A stretch of DNA of 64,000 nucleotides from an uncultured delta proteobacterium (GTDB lineage Bacteria; Desulfobacterota; Binatia; Bin18). Numbering within the stretch: the first letter of the stretch is position 1; the number at the start of each line of letters is the position of its first letter. The notes beneath the pieces are model-generated. The model did no database searches and was not told the DNA's origin. It worked only from the letters and a program-made list of their open reading frames with translations. Positions 1 to 10,361 of the stretch are shown in pieces. Location of the stretch: assembly GCA_963733195.1 (NCBI GenBank), contig CAVTCR010000065.1, forward strand, positions 78,010 through 142,009, given 5' to 3'. Made by a program: the position numbers and the translations under genes.

Positions 1-586
1 CGGCGAGAACTTGAGGCAGGTCCTGTATCCCGCCGAGGAATGCTAACCCCAACTGTTGGCGTAACGTTTCTGACGGATGTTGTTTGATGCCGAGCAGCCG
101 CATGCCAAAATGATGTAAGCGTTTTACGATTTCGGTACCGATACTGCCGACGCCAAGAATTGCGACAGTCTTGCCCTGTAACGCAGTGCTCAACGGAGCG
201 CCGAAGAGGCGCTTCTTTACGTTTGCCAATGCAAGGGGAAATTTGCGTGCCAAAGCGAGCATGAGAAAAATGGTGTGTTCAGCAACCGATTCAGCATTAC
301 CAGCCCCTTCGTGTCCTGGAACGTTGGCAACGTAGATCCCACGACGAGTTGCGGCGGGAATATCGACTCCTTCAAGGCCCACTCCAAACTGGTGGATAAT
401 CGTTGCTGACGTTTTGGCTATGACCTTGGCATCAACACGAAACATAGCTGGAATAAGGACATCGACACGTGCTGCCTCTTCCTGGACCTGTTCTGCCGGG
501 CAAGCGCGAATGTTGTCATGCGGAAGATGCTGGCGCAAAATTTCCGCGCAATGCGGGAAATGAGTGGTGCAGATCAAAATTTCCAT
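1..586 (-). CDS. D-isomer-specific 2-hydroxyacid dehydrogenase (runs off the window start)
   Basis: Manual translation from ATG 586: MEILICTTHF...QFGVGLEGVDIPAATRRGIYVANVPG...NAESVAEH...GKTVAILGVGSIG, which has the typical family motifs and a Rossmann GxGxxG. Confidence 0.88.
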   Translation of the reverse strand, partial: MEILICTTHFPHCAEILRQHLPHDNIRACPAEQVQEEAARVDVLIPAMFRVDAKVIAKTSATIIHQFGVGLEGVDIPAATRRGIYVANVPGHEGAGNAESVAEHTIFLMLALARKFPLALANVKKRLFGAPLSTALQGKTVAILGVGSIGTEIVKRLHHFGMRLLGIKQHPSETLRQQLGLAFLGGIQDLPQVLA

Positions 587-677
587 AGTAATAGCTGGGT
601 TATTTTTTGCTCGCAGTGAGAATGAGAGACAACCAGGGGGTACGTCTCTTTTCTTTGTTTCTCATCTCTAAACCTAT

Positions 678-1565
678 CTAAAAGTGCTGCGGCTCGCCTG
701 CTTGCCGATCCTGCGGTTCAAGTTGAATCGTAATGTGGTCAATACCAAAGCGCTCGTAAATCGTCTTCTCAAGAGAATCCAGGAGGGCATGTTGATCATG
801 GTTGCCGTTGACGACCGCGTGCGCTGTCAGAGTGAACAAATTAGAAGTGAGTGTCCACACGTGTAGGTCATGGATTCGCTTGACACCTTCGACTGCTTCC
901 AAGGTGCGCTGCACTTCCGCAAGGTTAATGTGGCGTGGTGTGGCTTGCATGAGGACGTCTACAGACTCTCGGACAAGCTCAAACGAGCTCACTAAGATGA
1001 GAATTCCGATGAGCACACTGGTCAGAGGGTCCACCCAATACCAGCCAGTCCACATAATGAGAACACCCGCGACGATTGCCCCGATTGAACCCAGCACATC
1101 GCTGAGTACATGTAAAAAAACTCCGCGCAGGTTCAAGTTGGTGTGATGAGAATCGTAGAGTAGCCAAACAGAGACCAAATTGATGACGAGGCCAACGCTA
1201 GCAATGAGGACCATGCCCTGTCCATACACGTCAGATGGCGAGAAGAGTCGGTAGTATGCCTCACGAAAAATCACCCCAGCGATCAGCCAAAGGGCAAGAC
1301 CATTGAAGAAAGCTGCTAAAATCTCAGCACGATAGTAGCCAAAAGTTTTTTGTGAATTGACCGGCAGCGTCGCGATATACGCAGCGAAGAGGGACAACCC
1401 CATTGCCGTGACATCGGACAGCATGTGTCCGGCATCAGAAAAGAGGGCAAGACTATTGGTCAGCCAACCGCCAATAAACTCGACCACACAGTAACCGCCC
1501 GTAAGGATGAGCGCGAGTGTTAGCGGTCGGCGGCCGTGGGAATGTTCGTGATCGTGCGCCATCAT
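678..1565 (-). CDS. Cation diffusion facilitator (CzcD/ZitB-like Zn/Co/Cd efflux)
   Basis: His-rich N-terminus, SLALFSDAGHMLSD, TFGYYRAEILAA, HVLSD, IHDLHVW, HITIQLE. Confidence 0.93.
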   Translation of the reverse strand: MMAHDHEHSHGRRPLTLALILTGGYCVVEFIGGWLTNSLALFSDAGHMLSDVTAMGLSLFAAYIATLPVNSQKTFGYYRAEILAAFFNGLALWLIAGVIFREAYYRLFSPSDVYGQGMVLIASVGLVINLVSVWLLYDSHHTNLNLRGVFLHVLSDVLGSIGAIVAGVLIMWTGWYWVDPLTSVLIGILILVSSFELVRESVDVLMQATPRHINLAEVQRTLEAVEGVKRIHDLHVWTLTSNLFTLTAHAVVNGNHDQHALLDSLEKTIYERFGIDHITIQLEPQDRQAGEPQHF

Positions 1566-1590
1566 CTCTCCTCAGTGTCCCCTCTCCAAT

Positions 1591-3120
1591 CTAATGAGCC
1601 CACGGTGGGAGCGTATCAAGGGAAATACCAAAGACAAAAATGCCGATAAGATACACGAGTGCTGTTAAGAGCAGCGCACCAATGATGTCAAGGCCAATAC
1701 CGGCACGTACCATCTGTGGGACGGTGACATGGCCACTAGTAAACACAATCGCATTCGGTCCCGTCGCTGATGGTAACATGAAGTTACAGACTGAGGCGGC
1801 GAACGTTGCTGGAACCATCAGCAACAAAGGGTCCATACCCATGGCGGGGGCAGTTGCGGCGAGTATGGGCATCATCAACGTTGTCGTTGCGGTGTTACTG
1901 GCGAACTCAGTCACCCAAGCAGTGAGTAGAGTGACGAGAAAAATGACGCTCAGTGGGGACAGATGACCAAAGGAAGAGAGTTGCGATCCCAACCAGGAGG
2001 CGAGGCCAGTTTTCTCAACGCCTTCGGCGAGGGCAAGTCCGCCACCGAGCAGGATGAGCACTCCCCAGGGCAGACGTTCGGCAGATTGCCAATCCATCAA
2101 AAATTTTCCACTTTGCCGATTGGCAGGAATAAAGAATAACAGCAATGCCATGACCATCGCGACAGTGGAATCCTGTATCGTGACGGGCATAGGGAGAAGG
2201 CGTGACCACCCTGGGAGAGTCACACTCCCTAACGGCAGATCCGCTCGGAAGATCCATAATAATGCTGTCGTAGCCGCAAGTAGCGCAACTTTTTTCTCCT
2301 CTCGACTCATAGGGCCGAGGGCTTGGAGGCGAGTTTGCAGAAAGTGTTTATCTGCCTGCCATCCCTCAGTGGGATAGGGAAACGAGAGGTAGGTGAGGTA
2401 TACCCAGGTCACAAGGGTTAGGAGTACGGCAGCTGGGACCCCGAATAGCATCCACTGCAAAAAGCCGATGGGCGGAGCGTCGGGAAAGAGTTTGCTGAAA
2501 GCCCCAAGAAAAATCACATTTGGTGGTGTTCCGACTGGAGTCCCGATGCCACCGATAGAAGCTCCGTAGGCGATCATTAGCATTAAGGCGGTCCCAAAGC
2601 CCTTCTTGGTGTCGTAGCCTTGAGACGCAGCATGATCAAGAATCGCCAGCGCGATTGGCAGCATGATCAGCGTCGTTGCCACGTTTGAAACCCACATCGA
2701 TATCGCAGCGGTGGTCGCCATGATGCCGAGGGTTAGCGATTGCGGTGATGCGCCAACTCGGTTGAGCACCTGAAGGGCGATGCGATGATGGAGATGACAT
2801 TTCTCTATCGCCAGCGCGATAATGAAACCGCCGAGAAAAAGGAAAATGACCTGATCGGCGTAGGCTTGGGAGACCTCCTGTGGTGTCAGAATGTGAAGAA
2901 ACGGGAATAACGCCAGCGGCACGAGTGCCGTCACCGATGGATGTACAGCCTCGCTCACCCACCACACTGCCATCAGCGCGGTGGCTGCGGCCATGCGCCA
3001 TGCCTTGGTTTCCATACCAGCAGGTGGAGGGAGAAGAAGAAGGAGAAAGAAAACCCCCAGGCCGAGAAACAAACCAATCAATTGGCGACGCTCGTAGTGA
3101 GGAGAACTCGTATCACTCAT
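1591..3120 (-). CDS. SLC13/DASS sodium:dicarboxylate or sulfate symporter
   Basis: Multiple TM segments; SMWVSNVATT, GGIGTPVGTPPN, EFASNTAT, FMLPSATGPNAI motifs. Confidence 0.92.
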   Translation of the reverse strand: MSDTSSPHYERRQLIGLFLGLGVFFLLLLLPPPAGMETKAWRMAAATALMAVWWVSEAVHPSVTALVPLALFPFLHILTPQEVSQAYADQVIFLFLGGFIIALAIEKCHLHHRIALQVLNRVGASPQSLTLGIMATTAAISMWVSNVATTLIMLPIALAILDHAASQGYDTKKGFGTALMLMIAYGASIGGIGTPVGTPPNVIFLGAFSKLFPDAPPIGFLQWMLFGVPAAVLLTLVTWVYLTYLSFPYPTEGWQADKHFLQTRLQALGPMSREEKKVALLAATTALLWIFRADLPLGSVTLPGWSRLLPMPVTIQDSTVAMVMALLLFFIPANRQSGKFLMDWQSAERLPWGVLILLGGGLALAEGVEKTGLASWLGSQLSSFGHLSPLSVIFLVTLLTAWVTEFASNTATTTLMMPILAATAPAMGMDPLLLMVPATFAASVCNFMLPSATGPNAIVFTSGHVTVPQMVRAGIGLDIIGALLLTALVYLIGIFVFGISLDTLPPWAH

Positions 3121-3135
3121 TGAGGCGCGTCATTG

Positions 3136-4137
3136 CTAGCGTTCTGCTTTCGCCAAGGCAGGAAGGGCAGTCGCCAACAGGCGCGCCATCGCGTCAGCAA
3201 ACAGTCGTGGTAGTTCCTTAGGACGACAGCCTGCGGCCGCCGGATGTCCTCCGCCGCCAAAGGTTTGTGCGAGTATGGACAAATCCGCCTGGCAATCGGG
3301 CGAACGCCGAAGACTGACACCCTCTCCAGTCAGATCAAAGAACGCGAATACGGTCTGTGTTGCCTGTTTTCCCCACGCGTCGCCAATTTCACTCGCATAT
3401 CCGTCGCACACCGCAGTCACTAGGGTGTAGGGGGTACCAGAAACAGGAATACTCACACGGCTGCGTTCGGCTAAAGCAAAACTGTCACGCAGCTCCCCTG
3501 CAACTTTCTCATAGGCGGCTTGCATGGCTGGCGTATAAGTGACGGCGGCATCAATGTTGAGCATGGCATCATAGCCGTCCAAGCTGTCGTGCTCGCCTAG
3601 CTTACGGAGGGTCCACGCAAGTTCACGAGAGCCGGCAATGGCATGAATCCAACGGTCGGTGTCGTCGGCCATCGCCACTGCCTGAGCAAAGTCAGCAAAG
3701 TGGTCATTTTGTTGTTGCGCGGTGGCGAGCTTACGAGCCAAGTATTCATAGGTAAGACGTGAGGCAGCAAACTCTTCACTGATGACTTTGTCGGCGAAAG
3801 GCACGTTGATGGTCCCCGCTGCATAGCGCTTAATCGCTGTGCGATGGTGGTCGATCCAGTAAATTTTCACTCCTTGTGCAGCAAGCTGGCACAAGTGATC
3901 ATCTGTGGCTTGTTCTGTCCAAGAAATATCGGTGATCCACACTTCGCTCCCAGCGGGTGCAGCTTCTGGAGTGATGGAGCGAATAACTTCGTTAATCCGT
4001 TCGTTCCCGGAGAAGTGCGGGACCACGGTGGTATCCGCATAATAGCGAGCGACGGCGACGGCGGCGGCGACGCCATCAAGACAATAGGGGCCGTGGCTAA
4101 CGACATGAACGATGGCAGGGCGCGTAGACTTTTCCAT
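3136..4137 (-). CDS. DHH/DHHA1 family phosphoesterase (NrnB-like)
   Basis: SHGPYCLDG, ITDIS, WIDHH and C-terminal GGGHPAAAG. Confidence 0.85.
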   Translation of the reverse strand: MEKSTRPAIVHVVSHGPYCLDGVAAAVAVARYYADTTVVPHFSGNERINEVIRSITPEAAPAGSEVWITDISWTEQATDDHLCQLAAQGVKIYWIDHHRTAIKRYAAGTINVPFADKVISEEFAASRLTYEYLARKLATAQQQNDHFADFAQAVAMADDTDRWIHAIAGSRELAWTLRKLGEHDSLDGYDAMLNIDAAVTYTPAMQAAYEKVAGELRDSFALAERSRVSIPVSGTPYTLVTAVCDGYASEIGDAWGKQATQTVFAFFDLTGEGVSLRRSPDCQADLSILAQTFGGGGHPAAAGCRPKELPRLFADAMARLLATALPALAKAER

Positions 4138-4260
4138 AAAATGTTGAACTTTACTTTCTTAATCTGCAAACAAAAGAATCATTATAGAAAAGTGCGTACC
4201 GTTCGGCAAACCGGGGAATGAGATTCGGGGGTTCCTAAGGGATGGGTTGTATCTCTGAGG

Positions 4261-5235
4261 TTACACCATCTGCCGTGCGGCATCCATAACTTTTTCGATG
4301 TCGAGCACGCGCGGGCCATCCCACGACCACTCGATTTCCCAACGATCTTCGGCACTAATCGAAAGTTCTCGTTCGCCATCGAGAGCCAAAACTGATGGAC
4401 TGAAACCCACAGGTATTCGCGTTCTCTGCTGCATGAGGACATGGTGCTGGATACCGACTTGAACAACAAGCCCTGGGGCGATGGCTGCCGTAATGGATCG
4501 GCCATGCTCACTGAGTTGTAAATAGAGCCCCCCTGCCTCCTGCGGATGGATGGGGTGCACCATACCGCCAATTGAAGCCATACCAATGTTGGTTGGTCGC
4601 CCCTGCGTGAGAAACAGTTCTTTCAGGCGGTGGACCTCCCACAGGGCACGGGCACCGATGAACTGATAGTCACAGACTGCTACATCCACCAAGGCAACAT
4701 CTTCGAGGGTACCGTTACGATAGATATTCAACCGCTTGGTTGGCTGAGTAAATGCATCAAGAGACAGGCGACGAGTGGCGTAATGTCCTGCCGCGAGCCC
4801 TGCCAAGGTCGATTCGAGAAAACGTGGGAACGCATTATTCGTTCCTGTCGACAAAGGAACAAGCGGCATACTTCCGCAGCCTTTGGCGACAACTCGACTC
4901 GTACCATCGCCGCCGATGACAATGACACACGCGACCCCTTGTTCATGCATGAGTTGCGCAGCGCGGGTGGAGTCGGCAGCCTCATCGTATACCGACATTT
5001 CCAAGAAACGGGTTGTGAGGCGTAGCGGCATATTGATCCCGGATAAGGCTTTATTGCAGATGTTCGCAGGATCGGGAAAGAGTACGACCTCGTCTGCCCC
5101 TGCGCTATCAATTCCGAGGACGGCACGACGGACAATGTACACTTTCTCTTGCGTATCGAGCACCGAGCCGTGCGCAACTAAACGACGGATGTCTTTGCCT
5201 GCGCGGGGATTGGCGATGATTCCTACGGAAGTCAT
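4261..5235 (-). CDS. acoX: AcoX-like acetoin catabolism protein (NAD kinase fold)
   Basis: GIIANPRAGKDIRRLV, GGDGTSR, STGTNNAFP; lies next to acoA/acoB. Confidence 0.8.
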   Translation of the reverse strand: MTSVGIIANPRAGKDIRRLVAHGSVLDTQEKVYIVRRAVLGIDSAGADEVVLFPDPANICNKALSGINMPLRLTTRFLEMSVYDEAADSTRAAQLMHEQGVACVIVIGGDGTSRVVAKGCGSMPLVPLSTGTNNAFPRFLESTLAGLAAGHYATRRLSLDAFTQPTKRLNIYRNGTLEDVALVDVAVCDYQFIGARALWEVHRLKELFLTQGRPTNIGMASIGGMVHPIHPQEAGGLYLQLSEHGRSITAAIAPGLVVQVGIQHHVLMQQRTRIPVGFSPSVLALDGERELSISAEDRWEIEWSWDGPRVLDIEKVMDAARQMV

Positions 5236-5313
5236 AGGGGTTAGGGGTTGGGGGTTAGGGGTTAGGGGGCTAGGGGAAAAACCAGATTCCCAGCACCCAA
5301 CCCCTAGCCCCTA
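5235..5313. repeat. Inverted array of heptamers (TAGGGGT)n/(ACCCCTA)n, STRR-like hairpin
   Basis: taggggttaggggttgggggttaggggttagggggctagggg ... cccagcacccaacccctagccccta fills the acoB-acoX spacer. Confidence 0.85.
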
Positions 5314-6324
5314 AAAGAGCGAAAGTGCTGCTGCGGTAATTTTCTGCGCGTTTGGGAGGTAGTGATCTTCCAGCGGTGGACTGAAAGGTACGGGGGTATG
5401 CGGTGCCGTCACCATCTTGATCGGCCCGTTGAGATAATCAAAGCCTTTGTCTGCCACAAGTGCTGCAATGTCTGTGGCCATACTGCACCGTGGATGAGAC
5501 TCATCGACTACTACTAAGCGTCCGGTCTTTTTGACTGATCCCAGAACAGTTTCTTCATCAAATGGAGAAAGTGTGCGTGGGTCGATGACTTCGGTGCTCC
5601 TTCCCTGTTTTTGCAAATCATCGGCAGCCTTGAGCGCATGATGGACCATCTTGCCGATCGCAACGATGGTCAGATCATCTCCTGGACGCTTGATGTCAGC
5701 TTTGCCGAGCGGAATAGTATACGGTTCTTCTGGCACCGGCCCTTTCATCGCTCCCAGAGTGATATCTTCAAAGAAAATGACCAGATCGTCGTCGCGAATC
5801 GATGAGATGAGAAGTCCTTTGGCATCGTAGGGCGTTGAAGGGACGACTGTCTTCAAGCCTGGGATGTGGGTAAATAGTGAATATAACACTTGCGAATGTT
5901 GGGCGGCAGCACGATAGCCACCACCGCAGATGGTACGAATGACGACCGGCACTTTGGCTTTGCCACCAAACATGTAACGGAGCTTCGCACCTTGATTGAG
6001 CAGTTGATCGAAGCACACACCCATAAAACCGACGAACATCATCTCCGCAATCGGCCGCAGGCCGGTTACTGCGGCACCGACAGCAGCGCCGATAAAGCCC
6101 GACTCACTAATTGGCGTATCGATGATGCGCTCACGGCCAAATTCTTTGACCAACCCTTTAGTGACACCCAAAACACCACCCCATGCCTCGTCACCCTGGA
6201 GATGATCAACGTCGGCTCCGCCCGCGACATCTTCACCCATCAAGATGACCTTGGGATCACGTTGCATCTCTTGGCGCATGGCTTCGTTGAGTGCTTGTCC
6301 GAAGTTTAATTCTCGCTCAGCCAT
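5311..6324 (-). CDS. acoB: Acetoin/2-oxoacid dehydrogenase E1 beta subunit
   Basis: GEDVAGG, AWGGVLGVTKGL, DTPISESGFIG, AAAQHSQ, PFSPPLE. Confidence 0.9.
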   Translation of the reverse strand: MAERELNFGQALNEAMRQEMQRDPKVILMGEDVAGGADVDHLQGDEAWGGVLGVTKGLVKEFGRERIIDTPISESGFIGAAVGAAVTGLRPIAEMMFVGFMGVCFDQLLNQGAKLRYMFGGKAKVPVVIRTICGGGYRAAAQHSQVLYSLFTHIPGLKTVVPSTPYDAKGLLISSIRDDDLVIFFEDITLGAMKGPVPEEPYTIPLGKADIKRPGDDLTIVAIGKMVHHALKAADDLQKQGRSTEVIDPRTLSPFDEETVLGSVKKTGRLVVVDESHPRCSMATDIAALVADKGFDYLNGPIKMVTAPHTPVPFSPPLEDHYLPNAQKITAAALSLF

Positions 6325-6350
6325 TTTTCCCCCTCTCCAAGCTCCCCACC

Positions 6351-6425
6351 TGGGGGTTGGGGATTAGGGGCTAGGGGTTGGTGGGGATTTTTTACTAACC
6401 CCTAACCCCCAGCCCCTAGCCCCTA
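6351..6425. repeat. Second heptamer inverted-repeat hairpin
   Basis: gggggttggggattaggggctaggggttgg ... ctaacccctaacccccagcccctagccccta between acoA and acoB. Confidence 0.85.
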
Positions 6426-7391
6426 GTAGTTGACGTAGACATCCGTGAACGTCTCTTTCACATCCGGGAACGGGCTTTCCTCGGCGAATTTTACGGCATC
6501 GTTGATTTGTGTGGCGACACGATCGTCGATCGCTTGCAAGGCGGACTCGCTCACTATACCACGCGCAATGACACTATCCTTAAAAAGTTTGATTGGGTCC
6601 CGCTCTTTCTGGAATTTTTCCTGATCAGCAGCGATTTTGTAAGTCTGGGCGTCGCCCTCGAAGTGCCCGTTGAAACGATAGGTCTTACATTCCAATAATG
6701 TTGGACCTTGTCCTGCCCGTGCTCGTCTGATGGCCTCACCAGCGGCTTCATACACCGCGAAGATGTCATTCCCGTCGATAGTTACACCCGGCATGTTATA
6801 GGCTGCAGCCCGGTCAGCAATGTTCTCGACGCTGCAGTGATAATGAGCTGGGGTGGATTCGGCGTATCCGTTGTTCTCGGCGACAAAAACGATGGGCAAC
6901 TTCCAAATCGCCGCGAGGTTAAGACTTTCGTGCAAAGTTCCTTGTTCAGAGGCACCGTCGCCGAAGAAACAGATAGTGACTTGATCGGTTTTGTTGAGTT
7001 TAGCCGTCAGGCCAGAACCGCAAGCAAGGGGAGGGCCCCCGCCGACAATGCCATTAGCACCGAGCATTCCTTTATCCATATCGGCAATATGCATGGAACC
7101 GCCTTTGCCTTTGCACGTGCCTGTCGCCTTTCCAAAGAGTTCCGCCATCATTCCGCGTGGGTCCACACCTTTAGCGACGCAATGGCCGTGGCCGCGATGC
7201 GTCGAGGTCATGTAATCAGCATCGGTCAGATGCGCGCAGATACCGACTGCAATCGCCTCTTCCCCGGCGTAGAGATGCACGAAACCGGGAATCTTGGCTT
7301 TGCCAAACTCCACTTTAACGCGATTCTCGAAGGTTCGTATGAGCTGCATCCGCTCATAGATCCACAGCAGTTTGTCCTTACTGATGTCCAT
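6423..7391 (-). CDS. acoA: Acetoin/2-oxoacid dehydrogenase E1 alpha subunit (TPP-dependent)
   Basis: GFVHLYAGEEA, STHRGHGH, GGSMH, FFGDGA, TYRFNGHFEGD; ATG 7391 follows an AAGGAGG RBS. Confidence 0.9.
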   Translation of the reverse strand: MDISKDKLLWIYERMQLIRTFENRVKVEFGKAKIPGFVHLYAGEEAIAVGICAHLTDADYMTSTHRGHGHCVAKGVDPRGMMAELFGKATGTCKGKGGSMHIADMDKGMLGANGIVGGGPPLACGSGLTAKLNKTDQVTICFFGDGASEQGTLHESLNLAAIWKLPIVFVAENNGYAESTPAHYHCSVENIADRAAAYNMPGVTIDGNDIFAVYEAAGEAIRRARAGQGPTLLECKTYRFNGHFEGDAQTYKIAADQEKFQKERDPIKLFKDSVIARGIVSESALQAIDDRVATQINDAVKFAEESPFPDVKETFTDVYVNY

Positions 7392-7533
7392 GCGTGGTCC
7401 CTCCTTCACGGACAGCCAAGTGAGAAACTGTCGCGGTTCATAGCATGAAAGTGAGCGAAGGGTCTACCTGCGTTCGGTAGATCGGCCAAATATTAGCTTT
7501 TTCACGTAGGGCAGTCATGCTAGGGTCGCACGT

Positions 7534-8103
7534 ATGAATACCGCACGACGTCGAGCGACGTATGAAGATTTACTGAAAGTCCCTGACATCCTCATCGCTG
7601 AGATTTTTGATGGAGAGTTGGTGACATCTCCACGCCCTGCGTTTCCTCACGCTCGTGCGACCTCTGTCATCAGAGTAGATATTGATCCCTTTGATCGGCG
7701 GTCTGGCGGTCCTGGCGGACCGGGTGGCTGGTGGATTCTCTTTGAGCCCGAGTTGCATCTGGGGGCAGACATCCTTGTTCCCGATCTTGCTGGTTGGCGC
7801 CGAGAGCGTATGCCTGTTCTCGCAGACGAGCCATATAGTAAACTCGCACCAGATTGGGTATGTGAAGTGGTGTCACCTGGTACTGCGCGTATCGATCGGG
7901 TGCGCAAGATGCCTATCTACGCGCGTGAACGTGTCGGCTATCTCTGGCTGGTTCATCCCGGCTTGCAAACGTTAGAGGTCTATCGCTTAGAAGGCCAACG
8001 GTGGATGGTCGCAAGTTCCCATGTCGGAGCTGAAGGCGCACGCGCGGAGCCATTCGAGGCGATTGAGCTTGACATGAGCCGTTGGTGGCTGGAAGAAGCC
8101 TAA
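7534..8103 (+). CDS. Uma2 family (PD-(D/E)xK) putative endonuclease
   Basis: ATYEDL, AEIFDGEL, EPELHLG..LVPDLAGW, PDWVCEVVSP, KMPIYA. Confidence 0.9.
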   Translation: MNTARRRATYEDLLKVPDILIAEIFDGELVTSPRPAFPHARATSVIRVDIDPFDRRSGGPGGPGGWWILFEPELHLGADILVPDLAGWRRERMPVLADEPYSKLAPDWVCEVVSPGTARIDRVRKMPIYARERVGYLWLVHPGLQTLEVYRLEGQRWMVASSHVGAEGARAEPFEAIELDMSRWWLEEA

Positions 8104-8297
8104 GCCTAATACCCCAATTCTTCGCTCCACATTTCGGTTTCTTGCCAGGCTTCGGCATTGATGAGTAAGAACGGGACCACATTGGATAACCTAATTCCCA
8201 GGATGACCCAGGCCCAATTTCATCAGAGGGAAAAAAGCGCAACGTGTGACTTCGCAAACTATAACGGTTGGGCGAAGTAGGGATACAGCAGGAAACT

Positions 8298-8792
8298 ATG
8301 CAGATCTCACTAATTGACGCGAGAACATCCGCGGTTGACCGCGCGTGGCTGACGAACGTGTATCCATTGTATCTCCACGATTTATCAGAGTTTGACGAGG
8401 AGTATTATCGACTGACCGACCACGGCCTGTGGGAACCTGACTATCTACCTTCTTGGCTCGACGAACAGGATGATTGGCCACTGCTGATTATGGCCGACAG
8501 GCAACGGATCGGCTTTGCGTTGGTGAACCAGGCCCCAAGTCCCCACCTGACACCGGGCATGGATTACCGGATGAGCGAATTCTTCATTCTTCGTCGTTAT
8601 CGCAGGGGTGGCGTTGGAAAACGTGCGGCTTTTGCGGTCTTCGATCGGTTTCCGGGGCAATGGGAGTTGAGTGAGTTACCGCGGAACACAGGAGCCATCG
8701 CTTTCTGGCGGCGGATCATCGCGGAGTACACCGGCGGACACTATACTGAACAGCGCATTAACGGCGCAGTGCAGCAGTGTTTTCACACCTGA
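8298..8792 (+). CDS. GNAT family N-acetyltransferase
   Basis: LYLHDLSEF, SEFFILRRYRRGGVG acetyl-CoA motif, NTGAIAFW. Confidence 0.85.
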   Translation: MQISLIDARTSAVDRAWLTNVYPLYLHDLSEFDEEYYRLTDHGLWEPDYLPSWLDEQDDWPLLIMADRQRIGFALVNQAPSPHLTPGMDYRMSEFFILRRYRRGGVGKRAAFAVFDRFPGQWELSELPRNTGAIAFWRRIIAEYTGGHYTEQRINGAVQQCFHT

Positions 8793-8818
8793 CAATATCC
8801 ATATTTAAGGAAGTCACC

Positions 8819-10221
8819 ATGCTGAAATTTTCGGGAGGGTTGTGGGGGTTTGCCTTGGTGCTCTTTTGTCTGATGGGTTGGGAGGGACAAGCGATGGGCC
8901 AAGTGAAAGGAACCGCTACGTACCGGGAGCGTATGGCGCTGCCGCCCGATGCGGTGTTTGAAGCTACGCTGGAAGATGTCTCAAAAGCCGATGCCCCGGC
9001 TGACGTGATTGGCCAAGCCCGCCTCGACCGGCCCGGCAATCCGCCGTTTCGGTTCGAGATTCCCTATGACCCTTCACGTATCAATCCGCGCCACCGGTAC
9101 GTAGTGCGGGCTCGTATCCTGGTTAGTGGAAAGCTGTTCTTCACCACCGACCAGAGTTACCCCGTGCTCACCGGGGGGCACGGCAATGAGGTGGCGCTGC
9201 TGTTGCGCCGGGCGGGCTCTTCGGGTCCGGTTGGTAAAGGTGCTGAGCCTTTGGGGACTCTGCCCGCGACCTTTGTCGGTGATCTGCCCTGTGCCGATTG
9301 CTCGGGCATTCGCCATCAACTGGAACTGTTTCCGGACCAGGCTTTCTTCCTGACGAATGACGTACCTTGGCAAGGGCGAGGACGCTCTCTTCGATGACAT
9401 CGGCAGCTGGATGGTTGCGAGCGATCAGCGCACCTTGGTGCTCTTCGGCGGCCGAGAGGCACCGCTGAAGTTTGCTATTAAGGATGCCAATACGCTGCGC
9501 AAGCTGGACCTGGAGGGACGCGAGATCGCTTCGTCACTTAACTACGACTTGAGAAAGACTCAGGACCTAGCAGCCCCTGGAACCGCGGTTGCGGATGCGT
9601 GGGATGTACAAGTACTTCGCTGATGCCGGGCGGTTTACCGAATGCCTGACCCGTCAGAACTGGCCGGTAGCCCAGGAACAGGACAATGCGGCGTTGGAGT
9701 CCGCCTATGCCAAGGCCCGGCGCCAGCCAGGCGAGGAACTACTCGTGAACGTGGAAGGGCGTGTGGCGCTGCGGCCCAAGATGGAAGGCGCAGGGCAGCA
9801 ATCTACGCTGGTGGTCGAGCGGTTCAGTGGCATCTGGCCTGGAGAAACCTGCGGGACGCGCTTCGCCACCGAGCCACTGGAAAACACCTACTGGAAACTG
9901 ACCCGCCTGGGCGATGCAGCCGGTCATGGTGGGCGAGAAGCAACGGGAACCGCATTTCATTCTCAATTCGGAGACTCGGCGCGTCGGTGGCTCGGGGGGC
10001 TGCAACCGGCTGGTGGGCAGCTACGAGTTAAAGGGCGACAAGCTGACCTTCGGCCAGATGGCGGGCACCATGATGGCCTGTCTGGAAGGCGGCGACACTG
10101 AGAAGGCATTCCTGGGGGCGCTGGGGCAAGTGAGCAATGGAAGATCGTGGGACAACACCTCGAGTTGTTTGACGCCGCTGGCACCCTGCTGGCCCGCTTT
10201 GAAGCCCGTCACATGAAGTGA
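8819..10221 (+). CDS. Secreted YbaY + NlpE + META(HslJ) multidomain protein (frameshifted)
   Basis: Signal peptide; GTATYRERMALPPDA (YbaY); GDLPCADCSGI (NlpE); GMYKYFADA; LENTYWKL...GSGGCNR...GTMMAC (META); joined across ORFs 8777, 9357, 9589 and 9914. Confidence 0.8.
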
Positions 10222-10361
10222 TCTAGTCGCCATAGTTTCTGGAGAATCCCTCAGCCGAAATGCTAAGAGTCACTCCTGCCGGGGGCATCGACAGGTACCG
10301 TCGCTACTACATGAGTCAAAGTAACAAGGCCGACCTGGCCGGTTAGCGTCTTCCTGCGTTC

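Noticed and set aside
5235-6425. Eukaryotic telomere contamination
   Set aside because: The repeats are short, inverted and embedded between bacterial operon genes
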